Source of the DNA: Mobula hypostoma
Lineage: Eukaryota
DNA: 64,000 nt
Assembly: GCF_963921235.1 (NCBI RefSeq)
Contig: NC_086107.1
Span: 116,190,001 to 116,254,000, forward strand
Direction: 5' to 3'
Translations under genes and position numbers: made by a program
Notes under the pieces: model-generated
Told to the model about the DNA's origin: nothing
Seen by the model: only the letters and a program-made list of their open reading frames with translations
Database searches by the model: none
Shown: positions 33,995 to 46,213 of the stretch, one piece after another
Layout: each line of letters begins with the position of its first letter
Position numbering within the stretch: position 1 is the first letter of the stretch

Positions 33995-36900
33995 GTCAGT
34001 GAGGGACGGCAGGCAGGGGGAAAGGAAAAGAGAGTGGGGGTAGAGGAGGGAAGGGGATTTGAGAGGGGAGAGGGTAAGGAGGGATAGGATAGAGGAAAGG
34101 GAGGAAGATGGGTGGGGGGAGGAGAGGGAGGACTCCTGCTCCCCGGTTGGATCTGCCTCTCCATGGGGTTGCTCCCATGTTGGAGAGGGAAGGATGTGTG
34201 TGTGGGTGGGGGAGTTCACGGTGACATTTTGTGTCTGATTTACCCTGCTAAACCAACAGGAGCTGGAGAGCGGATCGAGAACACGATGGAAGCCTTCCAA
34301 CAGTGAGTGTCCTTCCCCCCTCATCGTCTCCCTCTCCTTCCATATCCCACTCTGCCTTCTCGCCCTCTCTGAAGCACAGTATGATCCCACAGTGCTGTGC
34401 AATTGGCTCTGCCTGTGTCCGTGCCACCTGCCACCTTGGGCCGTGAGCGCACAGCGCCATCCTACCATGTGTTCTCATTGGCTCCTGGTCTCAGGCAGCC
34501 CGTACAAGATACAATCCCACAGATCGGCTCTCCCTATGGGCTACGGGCTGTGCAGAGAGGCAACCCACTCCCTGCGCTAGCTGGCTTCCCACACCGAGCT
34601 TTATCCCCATGGGCAGCAGATGCACAGTGCAATCCCAGGAACTGCCCTGATTGGCCCTCCCCTGTCTCTGTCTCCCTGAGGTAAGACCGTCAGATACAGG
34701 AGCAGAATTAGGCCATTCAAGCCCATCGAGTTGCTCTTTTTGTCTTTTCCAATCTTTTTATTGATATCAAAATGTTAAACACAACATAATATTAATACAA
34801 AGCTATTGTGATTACATTATTAATAATTAGCATGTAAAAATATAAACTCAGTTAACGCATGGATATTAACCTCCCAAAGTCGTGCAAATTACAAATACAA
34901 ATATAATATAAGTTAAAAAATGTTAAAAATAGCATAGAAAAAGAAAAAAAAAACAAAATACCCCCCCCAAAAAAACTAAACTAAACAATACTAAACAACT
35001 AAACTAATAAAATTAAAAGACCTAGGCTGTTATGTTACGTCAAATAGGACCATTAGTGTCATTAACCCTGCTGCTCTCTCCATATATTAAAAAGAAATAG
35101 AGTGGGTTTGGAAAATGTCAAATTATATCATACAGAAGTGTTGAATAAATGGCCTCCAAGTCTTTTCAAATTTAATAGAAGGGTCATAAATAACACTTCT
35201 ATTTTTTTTCCAAATTTAAACACAACATAGTTTGAGAGAACCAATGAAATGTGGTGGAAGGATTAATCTCTTTCCAATTCAGCAAAATGGATCTTCTGGC
35301 CATTAATGTAAGAAATGCAATCATCCGATGAGCTGAACAGGTCAGATGAATTGGTTCTATCATTGGTAAACCAAAAATAGCAGTGATTGGGTGAGGTTGT
35401 AAATCAATACTCAAAACAGTTGAAATAATATCAAAGATATCTTTCCAATATTTTTTTCAAAAAAGGACATGACCAAAACATATGAGTTAAAGAAGCTATC
35501 TCAGAGTGATATCTGTCACATACAGGATTTATATGAGAATAATAACGAGCTAATTTATCCTTAGACATATGGGCCCTATGTACTACTTTAAACAGTATCA
35601 ACACGTGTTTAGCACATATAGAGGATGAATTAACTAATTGAAGAATTTGATCCCATTTTTCAATAAAGTAAGCTTAAGTTCTGTTTCCCAATCATTCTTA
35701 ATTTTATTAGAGAAATTTGGATGTATTTTCATAATTATATTATAAATAGTTGCTATTACACCTTTCTGAAAAGGATTTAAATCTAAATTTTTTCCAAAAT
35801 ATCCATTGGATATACAAGGTAGATTCAGAAAGGTAGGAACAACAGTATTTTAAAAGTTTCTAATCTCTAAATATTTAAAGAGATGGGATCTAGGCAAATT
35901 ATATTTATTAGATAATTGTTCGAAGGACATGAAACAGTTATCCCTAAAATAGATCACAAAATCGTAATACACCTTTGCTTTTCCAAACCAAATAGGCTCG
36001 ATCCATGATAGAGGGTTGAAAAAAAATTTGATAAAATAGGGCTTGCTAGAATAAATTGATTCAGCCCAAAAGATTTTCGAAATTGAAACCATATCCGTAA
36101 AGTATATTTAACTATTGGATTATCCATTTGTTTATGCAATTTAGAAAGAGCAAAGGGAAGCAAAGTCCCTGAAATAGAACCCAGTGAAAACCCTTGTACA
36201 GACTTACATTCAAGATTGACCCAATGTGGACTTGAAGTTATGTCCAAGTCCCATGTCCAAAAATTTTAAATATCAAATATTAATTGCCCAATAGTAAAAT
36301 CTAAAGTTTGGCAGTGCCAGACCACCCTCCTTTTTAGACTTCTGTAGATATCTTTTACCTAACCTAGGATTTTTATTCTGCCATATATATGAAGAAATTT
36401 TAGAATCAACATTATCAAAAAAGGATTTCACAATAAAAATTGGCACTGCTTGAAATAAATATAAGAATTTAGGTAAAACCACCGAGTTTGTCTACCCTTC
36501 CATTATGGCTGATTTATTAGCCCTCTCGACCAATTTACCATCCCATCCTGAATGCTGAGCAACCAAACCTTCTTGACCAATCTCCCACGCAAGACCTTGT
36601 CAAAGGCCTTGCTGAAGTCCATGTAGAAACATCAGCTGCCTTTCACTTTCCCTTTCATTCACTTTTCCGGATTCCCAAGAACCTCCCCAGGTCTCTGGAC
36701 TCTGACTAGTGCCTTCTAAAGCCTCAGTGTTACATCCTTGATTTTATATTCTAGTCCTCTCAAAATTAATGCTAAACACTACATTTACCTTCCTCACCAC
36801 AGACTCAACCTGCAAATTAACCTTTAGGGAATCCTGCACAAGCACTCCCAAATCGTTTTGCACCTCAGATTTTTGAATTCTCTCCCCATTTAAGAAAAAT

Positions 36901-39900
36901 AGTCTTTGCCTTTATTCCTTCTACCAAAATGCACGACCTTACTCTTCCAAACACTGTATTCCATCTGCCACTTCTTTGCCCATTCGCCTAATCTGTCCAA
37001 GTCCTTCTGTAGTCTCTCAACTTCCTCAAAACTACCTGTCCCTCCACCTATCTTCATATTGTCTGAAAACTTGACCACCAACCTATCAATTCCATCATCC
37101 AAATCATTAACATACAATGTAAAAAGAATCGGTCCCAACACAGACCCTGTGGAACACCACTAGCCACCAGCAGCCAGTCAGAAAGAGCTCACTTTTATCC
37201 CACTCTTTGCCCCCTGCCAATCAGCCACTGCTTTATCCTGCTAGAATCTTTCCTGTAATACCACGGCCTTTTAGCTTGTTAAGCAGCCTCATGTGTGACA
37301 GCTTGTCAGAGGTCTTCTGAAAATCCATTTACACAACATCGACCAATTCTCCTTTGTCTATCCTGCTTATTATTTCTTCAAAGAATTCCAACAGATTTGT
37401 CAGAAAAGATTTTCCCTTGAGGAAACTATGCTGACTATGGCCTACTTTACCATGTGCCTCCAAGGTGGAAGCGCAGTATGATTCCACAATCCTCTCTGAC
37501 TGGCTATCTCCGCACCCCCTCCCAGTGCTGCCGAGTGTGGGACAGACATGCTGGAGTTGGATTGCTGCCTTACTCGGGACGGGGAGGTGGTTGTGTCCCA
37601 TGACACCACCCTCGAGAGGCAGGCCGGCCTCGAGATCAGAATCCGGGATGTCGACTACAAGGTCAGTCTCTCGATGAGGGGTGGGGGAGGGAGACGGAGG
37701 GATAGGGTGGGGGAGAGACCCTCTAGGTATAAGGGGAAACCCTCGGATGGGGGTGAGACCCCTGGGTAGAAGGAGGGACCCTCAGTGAGGTAGGAGACCA
37801 TCGCTGAGGGCAAGTGACTATCAAGGAGGAGTAGAATTCTTGGTGATAGAGGAGGGACCCTTGGTGATAAGACCATAAGGTATAAGTGCAGAATTAGGCC
37901 ATTTGGCCCATCAAGTCTGCTCTGCCATTTCATCATGGCAGATCCAATTTTCCTCTCAGCCCCAATCTCCTGCCTTCTGAGGAGTGAGGGAGGGAGCCAT
38001 TCAGTGAGGGAGGAGGGACCCTCCATGATGGAGGGAGGGCCTCAGGGAGGGGAGGGACCTTGGAGTGTTGGCCCTCACTACTCCTCTCCTCCCCCAGGAT
38101 CTGCCCCCCTACCAGGAGCGGTTGGAAGTTACTTTCTACTCAGGTGAGTCTGTGGGATGGGGGAAACATCTCTGAGGGTCGAGGTTCACAGTGCTGGGGA
38201 GTGGCGGAACCAGGGGTCACAGGGGCGGTAGGTGTCAGATTTGAGCTCGAAGGGCCGTTGGGGTTAGGGAGGTATGTGGAGAGAGGAGGTCAGGTGTAAC
38301 AGGGATCTGGGTCCAGGGTTGTCATGACAGTCAAGGGTCGTGGGGTCACGGTCATCAAGATTCATGGGAGTCAAAGGTCCGGAGGAGTTCCAGGGTCTTA
38401 GGGACTCAGGGGTCACAGTAAGTCAGGCTCAAGGCAGTTCTGGGGATGTAAAAGGTCACAGAGGTAAGGGCTCTTGGGGTCGTCGAGGTCAAAAGGTCAG
38501 ATGTCATGGTGCATCCAGATTGGTTCAGGTGGTGGGTCAGGGGTCACCGGGGTCAGGAGTGTTTATGTCAAGTCACCTGCGCTGTCTCCACCTCAGGACA
38601 ACTCAGCACAGGGACAGATCGACAGATCCCACGGTTGGAGGAGGTTTTCCAGAACTTTCCAACACTCCCGATCAATGTCGAGATAAAAGAGAATGACCCA
38701 CAGCTGATCCGCAAGGTGAGCTGGCCTGACCCCTCACCCTTCACCCTTCACCAGGGTCAGAAAGCACTTTGACCCAACCAGTCTGTGCTGAGCCAGTCCC
38801 ATTTGCCTACGACTCTCCTGTATCCCTCTGCGTGTAGTTTGAGCAAAGTGCAGGCTCTTTGGCCTACACTGTTTGACTGAAATTTTAACCCACATAGCCC
38901 TCCACTTTTCTCTCATCCATCAGCCTTCCTAAAAGTTTCTTAAATGCCTCTACCACCACCCTGGCAAGGTGTTCCACACACCCATCACTCTCTCTGCAAA
39001 AACCTACCTCAGATGTCCCACCCCCCACCCCCCCATACTTTCCTCTGATCGTCTTAGAAACAAAGAAACATAGAAAATAGTTGCAGGGGTAGGCCACTCT
39101 CTGTGTGAAGAAGTTTTTCCTCATCTCGGTCCTAAAAGGCTTCCCCTTTATCCTTAAACTGTGACCCCTCGTTCTGGACTTCCCCAACATCGGGAACAAT
39201 CTTCCTGCATCTAGCCTGTCCAATCCCTTTAGGATTTTATACGTTTCAATCAGATCCCCCCTCAGTCTTCTAAATTCCAACGAGTACAAGCCCAGTTCAT
39301 CCAGTCTTTCTTCATATGAAAGTCCTGCCATCCCAGGAATCAATCTGGTGAACCTTCTTTGTACTCCCTCTATGGCAAAGATGTCTTTCCTCAGATTAGG
39401 GGACCAAAACTGCACACAATTCTCCAGGTGTGGTCTCACCAAGGCCTTGTACAACTGCAGTAGTACCTCCCTGCTCCTGTACTCGAATCCTCTCGCTATA
39501 AATGCCAGCATACCATTCACCTTTTTCACCACCTGCTGTACCTGCATGCCCATTTTCAATGACTGGTGTATAATGATACCCAGGTCTCGTTGCACCTGCC
39601 CTTGAAATGATGCCCCCTTCTATTCACCATTTCCACCCTGGGAAAAAAGTATCTGACTGTCCACTCGATCTCTGCCTCTTAACAAGTCACCTCTCATCCT
39701 CCTTCACTTCAAAAAGAAAAGCTCAAACTTGCTCAAGCTTTCCTCATCAGACATGTTCTCTAATCCAGGCAGCATCCTGGTAAATCTCCTCTGCACCCAC
39801 TCTAAATCTTCCTTGTCCTTCCTATAATGAGGCAACCAGAACTAAACACAATATTTAAAATGTGGTCCAATTTCCCATTCTCATTCCGATATGTCTCTCC

Positions 39901-42900
39901 ATGGTCTCCCCTACTGTTGTGATGAGGCCACACTCATCTGAGAAGCCTCCAACCTGATGGCATGAACATTGATTTCTCAAACTTCTGCGTATGGCCCACC
40001 CCCCTTCACCATTCTCCTCTCTCACCTCATCTCCCGCTGGTGCTCCCCCCACTTCTCTTTCTTCCACGGCCTTCTGGTCTCTCCTATCAGATCCCCCTTC
40101 TCCAGCCCTTTATCTCTTTCACCAATCAACTTCCCAGCTCTTTACTTCACCCCCCCCCAGTTTCACCTGTCACCTTCCACCTTGTACTTCTTCCTCCCTC
40201 CCCACCTCTGTCTCTGACTTCTCCCCTTCCTTTCCAGTCCAAATGAAGGGTCTCGGCTCGAAATGTTAATGGTTTTCTCATTTCCATAGATGCTACCTGA
40301 CCTGCTGAGTTCCTCCAGTATGTTGTGTGTGTTACTCTGGATTTCCAGCAACTCATGTTCAGCTAACTAAGCTCATCTCTTTTCCAAACACAATGTCCAT
40401 ATCCCACCATTTTCCTCACATTCACATGCTGATCTAAACATCTCTTAAAGTCCCTAATGTTTCTGCCTGTACCACCACCCCAGGCACCCACCACTCTCTG
40501 GGTAAAAAAACTTGCCTCTCACATCTCCTTTGAACCTCCACTCCCTCTCACCTTAACTCCACGTCCGCTGGCTTTAGACATTTCAACCCTGGGAAAATGA
40601 CACTGTCTGTCCACTCTATCTGTGCCTCTTAATCTTATAAACCTCTACCAGATCCCCCCTCAGCCTCTGCTACCCCAGAGAAAACAACTCAACTTTGTCC
40701 AATATCTCCTTCCAGCTCAGGCCCTCTAATCCAGGCAGCTTCCTGGTGAGCTTCTTCTGCCCTCTCTCCAAAGCCCCCACGCCCTCTCCGAAGCTCCCCT
40801 ACCCTCTCCAAAGCCCCCACGCCCTCTCCGAAGCTCCCCTACCCTCTCCAAAGCCCCCACGCCCTCTCCGAAGCTCCCCTACCCTCTCCAAAGCCCCCAC
40901 ACCCTCTCCAAAGCCCCCCTAACCTCTCCAAAGCCCCCACATCCTCTCCAAAGCCCCCACACCCTCTCCAAATCCCCCACACCCTCTCCAAAGCCCCCAC
41001 ACCCTCTCCAAATCCCCCATACCCTCTCCAAAGCCCCCACACCCTCTCCAAAGTCCCCCTACCCTCTCCAAAGCCCCCCTACCCTCTCCAAAGCCCCACA
41101 CCCTCACTGTAATCAACCAGTCATTAAGCTATACTACACAATCTACAGCCTGAGGGAACCTCAATTGTCTGACAGTTTTCAACTGTCAGTCTCCCTCTTC
41201 CCTCTCTCCCCTCACTCCCTCCCCTCCCCTCTCTCTCTCTCTCCACCCTCCCCCCTCTCTTGCCCCCTCCCCATCTCTCGCACCCCCCTCCTCTCCCAAG
41301 GACCTACCTTCCTCCACTTGAAATATACCCAGTGACTTGTCCTCCACAGCTGTCTGTGGCAATGAACTTAACAGATTCACTGTCCTCTGGCTAAAGAAAA
41401 TCCTCCTCATCTCTTTTCTAAATGGACATTCTTCCACTCTTCTGTTCTGAGATTGTGCCGTCTGCTCCTCGACTCCCTCACTGTAGGAAACACCCTCTTC
41501 ACATCCACTCTATCAAAGCCTTTCAATATTCGAAAGGTTTCAGTGAGATCCCCCCTCATTCTTTTAAACTCCAGCAGGTACAAGCCCGGAGTCATCAAAC
41601 ACTCCTCATATGTTAACCCTTTAATTCCTGGGACAGCTGCATGACCCTCCTCTGTTCCATCTCCAGTACCAGCACACCCTTTCTTTGGATAAAAGGCCCC
41701 GAGCTGCTCACAATGCCCCGTGTGCTCTGACCAATGCCTTATAAAGCCTCAGTTTTGATCTCACCCTCACCTGCCAGTCTAGTTTTGTTTCTCTGAGAAT
41801 GCCGGTGTCTCGTGCTCTCTCTCTCGGCCTCAGGTGTCGGAGCTGGTGAAGAGGTACAAGCGGGAACAGATCACAGTGTGGGCCACTGAGAGCGATGACA
41901 TCATGCGGCAGTGTCACAGGGAGGTGAGGCATTTAACCTTCTCAGAGAAAGGGCAACACAGGTAGATGAAAGGTTTCTGGACCAGGTAGATTGTCAGGTT
42001 CAGAGTTCATATTTTACAGAGAATAGCAGGTAAGCCTGACTGTTTTGTAAGACCATAAGAGACAGGAGCAGATTTTTGTACCTTCTGTCTGATGGCAAGT
42101 GGAGAACAGAGACAATGAAAAGGTCAAAGTCAGGTTTAATGTCTGACCCCGGGTGTAATGTCTGATCTCCAGATTTAACACCCGACCCTGGGGTTTAACG
42201 CCCGACCCTGGGGTTTAATGCCCGACACCAGGGTTTAACGTCCAACCCGGGTTTAACGTCTGATCCCTGGGGATTAACACCCGATACCCGGGGTTTAACG
42301 TCTGATCCCTGGGGATTAACACCCAATCCTTGTGGTTTAACCTCCGACCCTGGGTTTAACCTCCGACCCTGGGTTTAACATCCGATCCCTGGGTTTAACA
42401 TCCGATCCCCGGGTTTAACATCCGATCCTCGGGTTTAACGTCCGATCCCCGGGTTTAACGTCCGATCCCCGGGTTTAACATCCGATCCTCGGGTTTAACA
42501 TCCGATCCCCGGGTTTAACGTCCGATCCCCGGGTTTAACATCCGATCCTCGGGTTTAACATCCGATCCCCGGGTTTAACGTCCAACCCGGTTTAAAGCCT
42601 GACCCTGGGTTTGATTTTCAATCCCGAGTTTAACATGAGCACAGTGAAGAACTGACCTTCAACAACATCACAGGCACAGAGAATCAGAGACATAACATTC
42701 ACAAGAAAACATCAATTCAACATGAATTATCTGAAACTTTTACATGGAAAAACACAATGAAAACAACAAGTGTGAATGTCGTCAGAGTGGGAACAGGGTT
42801 GCTGTGAGGAGGGAGCAGGGATGTGTTGAGCAAGGAGTTATTTGGGAGGGGGTAGGGACAGAAAGGGGGAGGTGATATTGAGGAGGGAGGGAGGGTTGTT

Positions 42901-45297
42901 GAGTATGGAGGAGTGTTGGGAAGATACTGACCCTCTCTCCCCCAGAACGCGTTGATGCCGTGGTCATTCACCATGCACCGGGTGCTCTGCCTCCTGCTGG
43001 CCTACTGTACCGGGATCCTCCCATTCCTGCCCCTCGGTGAGACCTGTCTCGAGTGCCCCATGTCATCCATCGTTGGCAGGTAACATCCCCCTTCCCTTCT
43101 GTCCTACTCCTCTCTCTCCCCTTCCCTCAAACCCCTCGTCTCCTTCATCTCTCCTCCTCCTCACCCTCTCCTCATCTCCCTCACATCACCCTCCCCTCTT
43201 CTCCCCACCCTGCTGTCTCTCCCTCCCCACCAACTCCTCCCTACCCTGCTCCCTGCCCTCCCCTCCCCACCCTCTCCCTCCCCTCCCCTCCAACTCCTCC
43301 CCACCCTCTCTCTCCCCTCCTCTCTGCACCCTCTCCCTCCCTTCCCCACCCTCTCCCTCCCCTCCCACTCCTCCCCACCCTCTCTCTCCCCTCCCCTCTG
43401 CACCCTCTCCCTCCCCTCCCCTCCCTGCTCCCTGCCCTCCCCTCCCCTCCCTCCCCTACTCCCTCCCCTCCCCACACTCTCCCTCCCCTCCCCTCCAACT
43501 CCTCCCCACCCTCTCTCTCCCCTCCCCTCCGCACCCTCTCCCTCCCCTCCCCTCCCTGCTGTCTCTCCCTCTCCCTCCCTTCCCCTCCCTGCTCCCTCCC
43601 CTCCAACTCCTCCCGAACCTCTTGCTCCCTCCTCTCCCTTATCCCCCCCGATCCTCTCCTCACTCCCCACCATTCCTTTCCATCCCTGCCCTCTCCCTCA
43701 CATTATTCTCCCCCCATCCCCTAGCTGAGGCCCCTCACCTCACTCGTTCTCCCTCCTCCCTCAGGTACTACATGCCCAGGACCGGGCCCCTCAGCTTCCC
43801 TCTGCTCCCTCAGATCCTCGACTGGTGAGTGGGGGGGAGGGCAGCGTGGGAGGGAAAGAATGGACGCAGAGAATGAGGGAGGCGGGAGGGACGGTCGAGG
43901 GGAGTGTAGAAGGAGGGAGGTGTGGGGGAGATGGAAGGGGTGTGTCTGAGGGAGGGACAGAGGGATTGGGCTGTGGGGGAGGGAGGGGGTAGGGACGCAG
44001 GGGGATTGAGAGAGTGAGAGTAGAGGGGGAGGAGGGTGAGGGGGTAGAGGAGGTGGGAGGAGCTGATGAGGGCTACAGGATGGTGGGGAGGGGAAATCTC
44101 TCACGTCCCCATCGTCATCACGACGGCTGCGCTCAGGAATGATGCATCCACCCACCCAACCCCCTAAGGAAAGGGGAGCGGAGCAGGAGAGATCCTCAAA
44201 GAGTTGCAAGGGTGGAGGACAGGAGGGAACGAGGCAGCATCAGGCAGAGTGGAGTGTCCCAGGACAGGAAGCCGGAGGCTGGAGGAGAATCTGCAGGGAA
44301 GGTGGGAGAGGGAAAAGAGAGAGGGGGGTGAGGTGCAGGGTGTCGAGAGTGAGAGGGAGGGAGGGAAGCAAATGAGAGGTGGTGAGATTGAAGACATGAT
44401 TTGAACTACAACCGAGTAACTCTCACCCCACCTGCCCCTGCTTCCCCTCCCCCCCTCTCCCTCTTGCACATTCGCTCCATCCATCTTCCTCCCCACTGCA
44501 CATTACTGCATCTCCCGCTCCGCTTTCCCTCCGCACCCCGCTCTTTCTCCTCTGCCCCCTCTCCCTCTCGGCAGGTTACTGACCCGAAGGAGCCTCATTA
44601 AACACCTGGTGGAAAGAGGGATTCAGGTAATGGGACGTGGGAGATGTTCACATACTGTGGTAGGCAGAAAACGTCCCCACTCTGTACGCGGTGTGGGCAT
44701 CGAGAGCCCCCTGGGGTAGGCACCTCCCCTCAAACACACGCTGTCAGTGGTGGGGAGAGTCGAGGGACGGTGGGACCTCAGTGTACGAGGGTAGGGGACA
44801 CAGTGTGAACGGTGGGGAGTGTCGAGGGACGGTGGGACCTCGGTGTACGAGGGTAGGGGACACAGTGTGAACGGTGGGGAGAGTCGAGGGATGGTGGGAC
44901 CTTGGTGTACGAGGGTAGGGGACACAGTGTGAACGGTGGGGAGTGTCAAGGGACGGTGGGACCTCGGTGTACGAGGGTAGGGGACACAGTGTGAACGGTG
45001 GGGAGAGTCGAGGGACGGTGGGACCTCGGTGTACGAGGGTAGGGGACACACACTCAGAGGTGGGTGTGCTCCAGGGTCCGGAATAATACACATGCAATTT
45101 CCTCTCCTTCCCTCGCTCTCACCCCCCGACCCTCCACCCCGGATCAGGTTTACTTCTGGACACTCAACGAGGAATCAGACTATCGAAGGGCATTCCTTAT
45201 TGGAGCCACTGGAGTGATGACGGATTTTCCCAGCAAACTCCGGACATTTCTGGACCAGAACCCTGACCTCGGTCCCCGTCAGGAAAATTCTGGATGA
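33859..45297 (+). CDS. GDPD3: Lysophospholipase D GDPD3 (glycerophosphodiester phosphodiesterase domain, GDE7), complete, 10 exons, 321 aa
   Basis: Exons 33859-33994, 34260-34302, 37526-37661, 38098-38143, 38597-38715, 41834-41923, 42946-43079, 43765-43824, 44575-44626 and 45148-45297; 966 nt in total, all GT-AG, in frame. N-terminal hydrophobic helix, HISHRGG, ENTMEAF, DMLELDC, VVSHD, GATGVMTD. Several segments resemble GDPD3 rather than GDPD1 (LEVTFYSG, ITVWATE, MPWSFT, RSLIKHLVERG, LNEESD). Confidence 0.9.
34260..34302 (+). CDS. GDPD3: GDPD3 exon 2
   Basis: GAGERIENTMEAFQH; cag| acceptor and |gtgagt donor. Confidence 0.92.
34733..36478 (-). mobile_element. L1-clade LINE 3' fragment, antisense in GDPD3 intron 2
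   Basis: VLPKFLYLFQAVPIFI...KEGGLALPNFRFYYWA; AT-rich; AATAAA and A-rich tail; TSD-like CCA(T/C)CGAGTT. Confidence 0.9.
36700..37465 (-). mobile_element. CR1 fragment in GDPD3 intron 2
   Basis: LGPILFTLYVNDLD, KFSDNMK, LQKDLDRLGEWAKKWQM. Confidence 0.85.
37526..37661 (+). CDS. GDPD3: GDPD3 exon 3
   Basis: GTDMLELDCCLTRDGEVVVSHD...DYK|gtcagt. Confidence 0.93.
38098..38143 (+). CDS. GDPD3: GDPD3 exon 4
   Basis: DLPPYQERLEVTFYS|gtgagt. Confidence 0.92.
38597..38715 (+). CDS. GDPD3: GDPD3 exon 5
   Basis: GTDRQIPRLEEVF...PINVEIK...LIRK|gtgagc. Confidence 0.93.
39064..39603 (-). mobile_element. CR1 3' fragment with an internal deletion, nested in an older CR1
   Basis: Matches the 47061-48543 subfamily; deletion junction at CCA 39094-39096. 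Confidence 0.88.
39860..40350 (+). mobile_element. Penelope-like element 3' fragment (pLTR) with a degenerate hammerhead motif
   Basis: catgaacattgatttctcaaacttc ... tgaagggtctcggctcgaaatgtt ... gatgctacctgacctgctgagttcctccag. Confidence 0.75.
40764..41102. repeat. 20-bp minisatellite (ACCCTCTCCAAAGCCCCCAC) grown from a CR1
   Basis: Directly continues a minus-strand CR1 at its ALERV codons. Confidence 0.88.
41834..41923 (+). CDS. GDPD3: GDPD3 exon 6
   Basis: VSELVKRYKREQITVWATE...CHRE|gtgagg. Confidence 0.93.
42140..42612. repeat. ~20-bp minisatellite (CCGATCCCCGGGTTTAACAT)
   Basis: Tandem units in GDPD3 intron 6. Confidence 0.9.
42946..43079 (+). CDS. GDPD3: GDPD3 exon 7
   Basis: NALMPWSFTMHRVLCLLLAYCTGILPFLPL...|gtaaca. 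Confidence 0.92.
43085..43720. repeat. Polypyrimidine low-complexity tract
   Basis: (CCCTC)-like repeats in intron 7. Confidence 0.85.
43765..43824 (+). CDS. GDPD3: GDPD3 exon 8
   Basis: RYYMPRTGPLSFPLLPQILDW; tcag| acceptor and |gtgagt donor. Confidence 0.88.
44575..44626 (+). CDS. GDPD3: GDPD3 exon 9
   Basis: LLTRRSLIKHLVERGIQ|gtaatg. Confidence 0.92.
44745..45050. repeat. 62-bp minisatellite (~5 copies) in GDPD3 intron 9
   Basis: CAGTGTGAACGGTGGGGAG... at 44801, 44863 and following. Confidence 0.92.
45148..45297 (+). CDS. GDPD3: GDPD3 exon 10 (stop)
   Basis: VYFWTLNEESDYRRAFLIGATGVMTDFPSKLRTFL...TGA. Confidence 0.93.
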   Translation, partial: VYFWTLNEESDYRRAFLIGATGVMTDFPSKLRTFLDQNPDLGPRQENSG

Positions 45298-45377
45298 GTT
45301 CTGTTCCCCCCTCATCCATTCAGAGTCTCAGGCTGGACCCCTCACCTAGTGGTGTGTGGATAGAATAAGGCATGTTT

Positions 45378-45760
45378 TCCCTCCGTTCCCAACCTCCCTC
45401 CCCTCCCCTCCATTCCCAACTTCCCCTCCCCTCCATTCCCAACCTCCCTCCCCTCTGTTCCCAACTTCCCTCCCCTCCCCTCCATTCCCAACCTCCCTCT
45501 CCTCCCCTCCATTCCCAACTTCCCCTCCCCTCCGTTCCCAACCTCCCTCCCCTCTGTTCCCAACTTCCCTCCCCTCCCCTCCATTACCAACCTCCCTCCC
45601 CTCTGTTCCCAACTTCCCTCCTCTCCCCTCCATTCCCAACCTCCCTCCCCTCCCCTCCATTCCCAACCTCCCTCCCCTCCGTTCCCAACTTCCCTCCTCT
45701 CCCCTCCATTCCCAACCTCCCTCCCCTCCCCTCCATTCCCAACTTCCCCTCCCCTACCTC
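45378..45760. repeat. Pyrimidine-rich minisatellite (TTCCCAACCTCCCTCCCCTC) in the probable GDPD3 3'UTR
   Basis: Tandem 22-28 bp units. Confidence 0.88.
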
Positions 45761-45904
45761 TCCCTCCTCCCCTGTCACTGACCCTTTGCCCACCTCTGCC
45801 CCCTTCCACCCTCTCCCCCTCCTCTCCACACTCAGCCCACTTCCCTCCTCCATTCTCCCCACTCCCTCTGCTTCTGTCACCACTTCCCCTTGTCCTACGT
45901 GCTT

Positions 45905-45910
45905 AGTAAA
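45905..45910 (+). terminator. Candidate GDPD3 polyadenylation signal (AGTAAA variant)
   Basis: First plausible hexamer after the stop, followed ~20 nt later by a GT-rich tract (cttgtgttgtgt). Confidence 0.35.
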
Positions 45911-46213
45911 GTTCAGCGGCCTATCCTTGTGTTGTGTACAATCATTTATTTCCCCAAAGCACTGGGGTCATGGAGATGAGAGGGGACGGGGAGGGCTTTG
46001 ATGATTGTCGATCACTCAAACACAGACCTTGAATTGAACAGTACAGGCCCTTCACTGCACAAGGTGCTGCTTATCCTTTAAACTACTCTAAAATCATCCC
46101 TCCATTTTTCCATCATCCATCTTAGAGTCTTTTAATTGTCCCTAAGTATTTGCCTCTATCACCACCCCTGGGAGTGCATTCCACACACTCTGTGTTAAAA
46201 AAACCACCTATAT

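Noticed and set aside
43037..43828. Pro/Ser-rich 263-aa ORF and similar ORFs at 45342-46001 and 63077-63424
   Set aside because: Low-complexity pyrimidine tracts in an intron, UTR or promoter
33859..45297. Calling the gene GDPD1 and the neighbour plain TEX14
   Set aside because: Several diagnostic segments favour GDPD3, and the ankyrin gene is more diverged than expected for an orthologue; not fully excluded without a phylogeny
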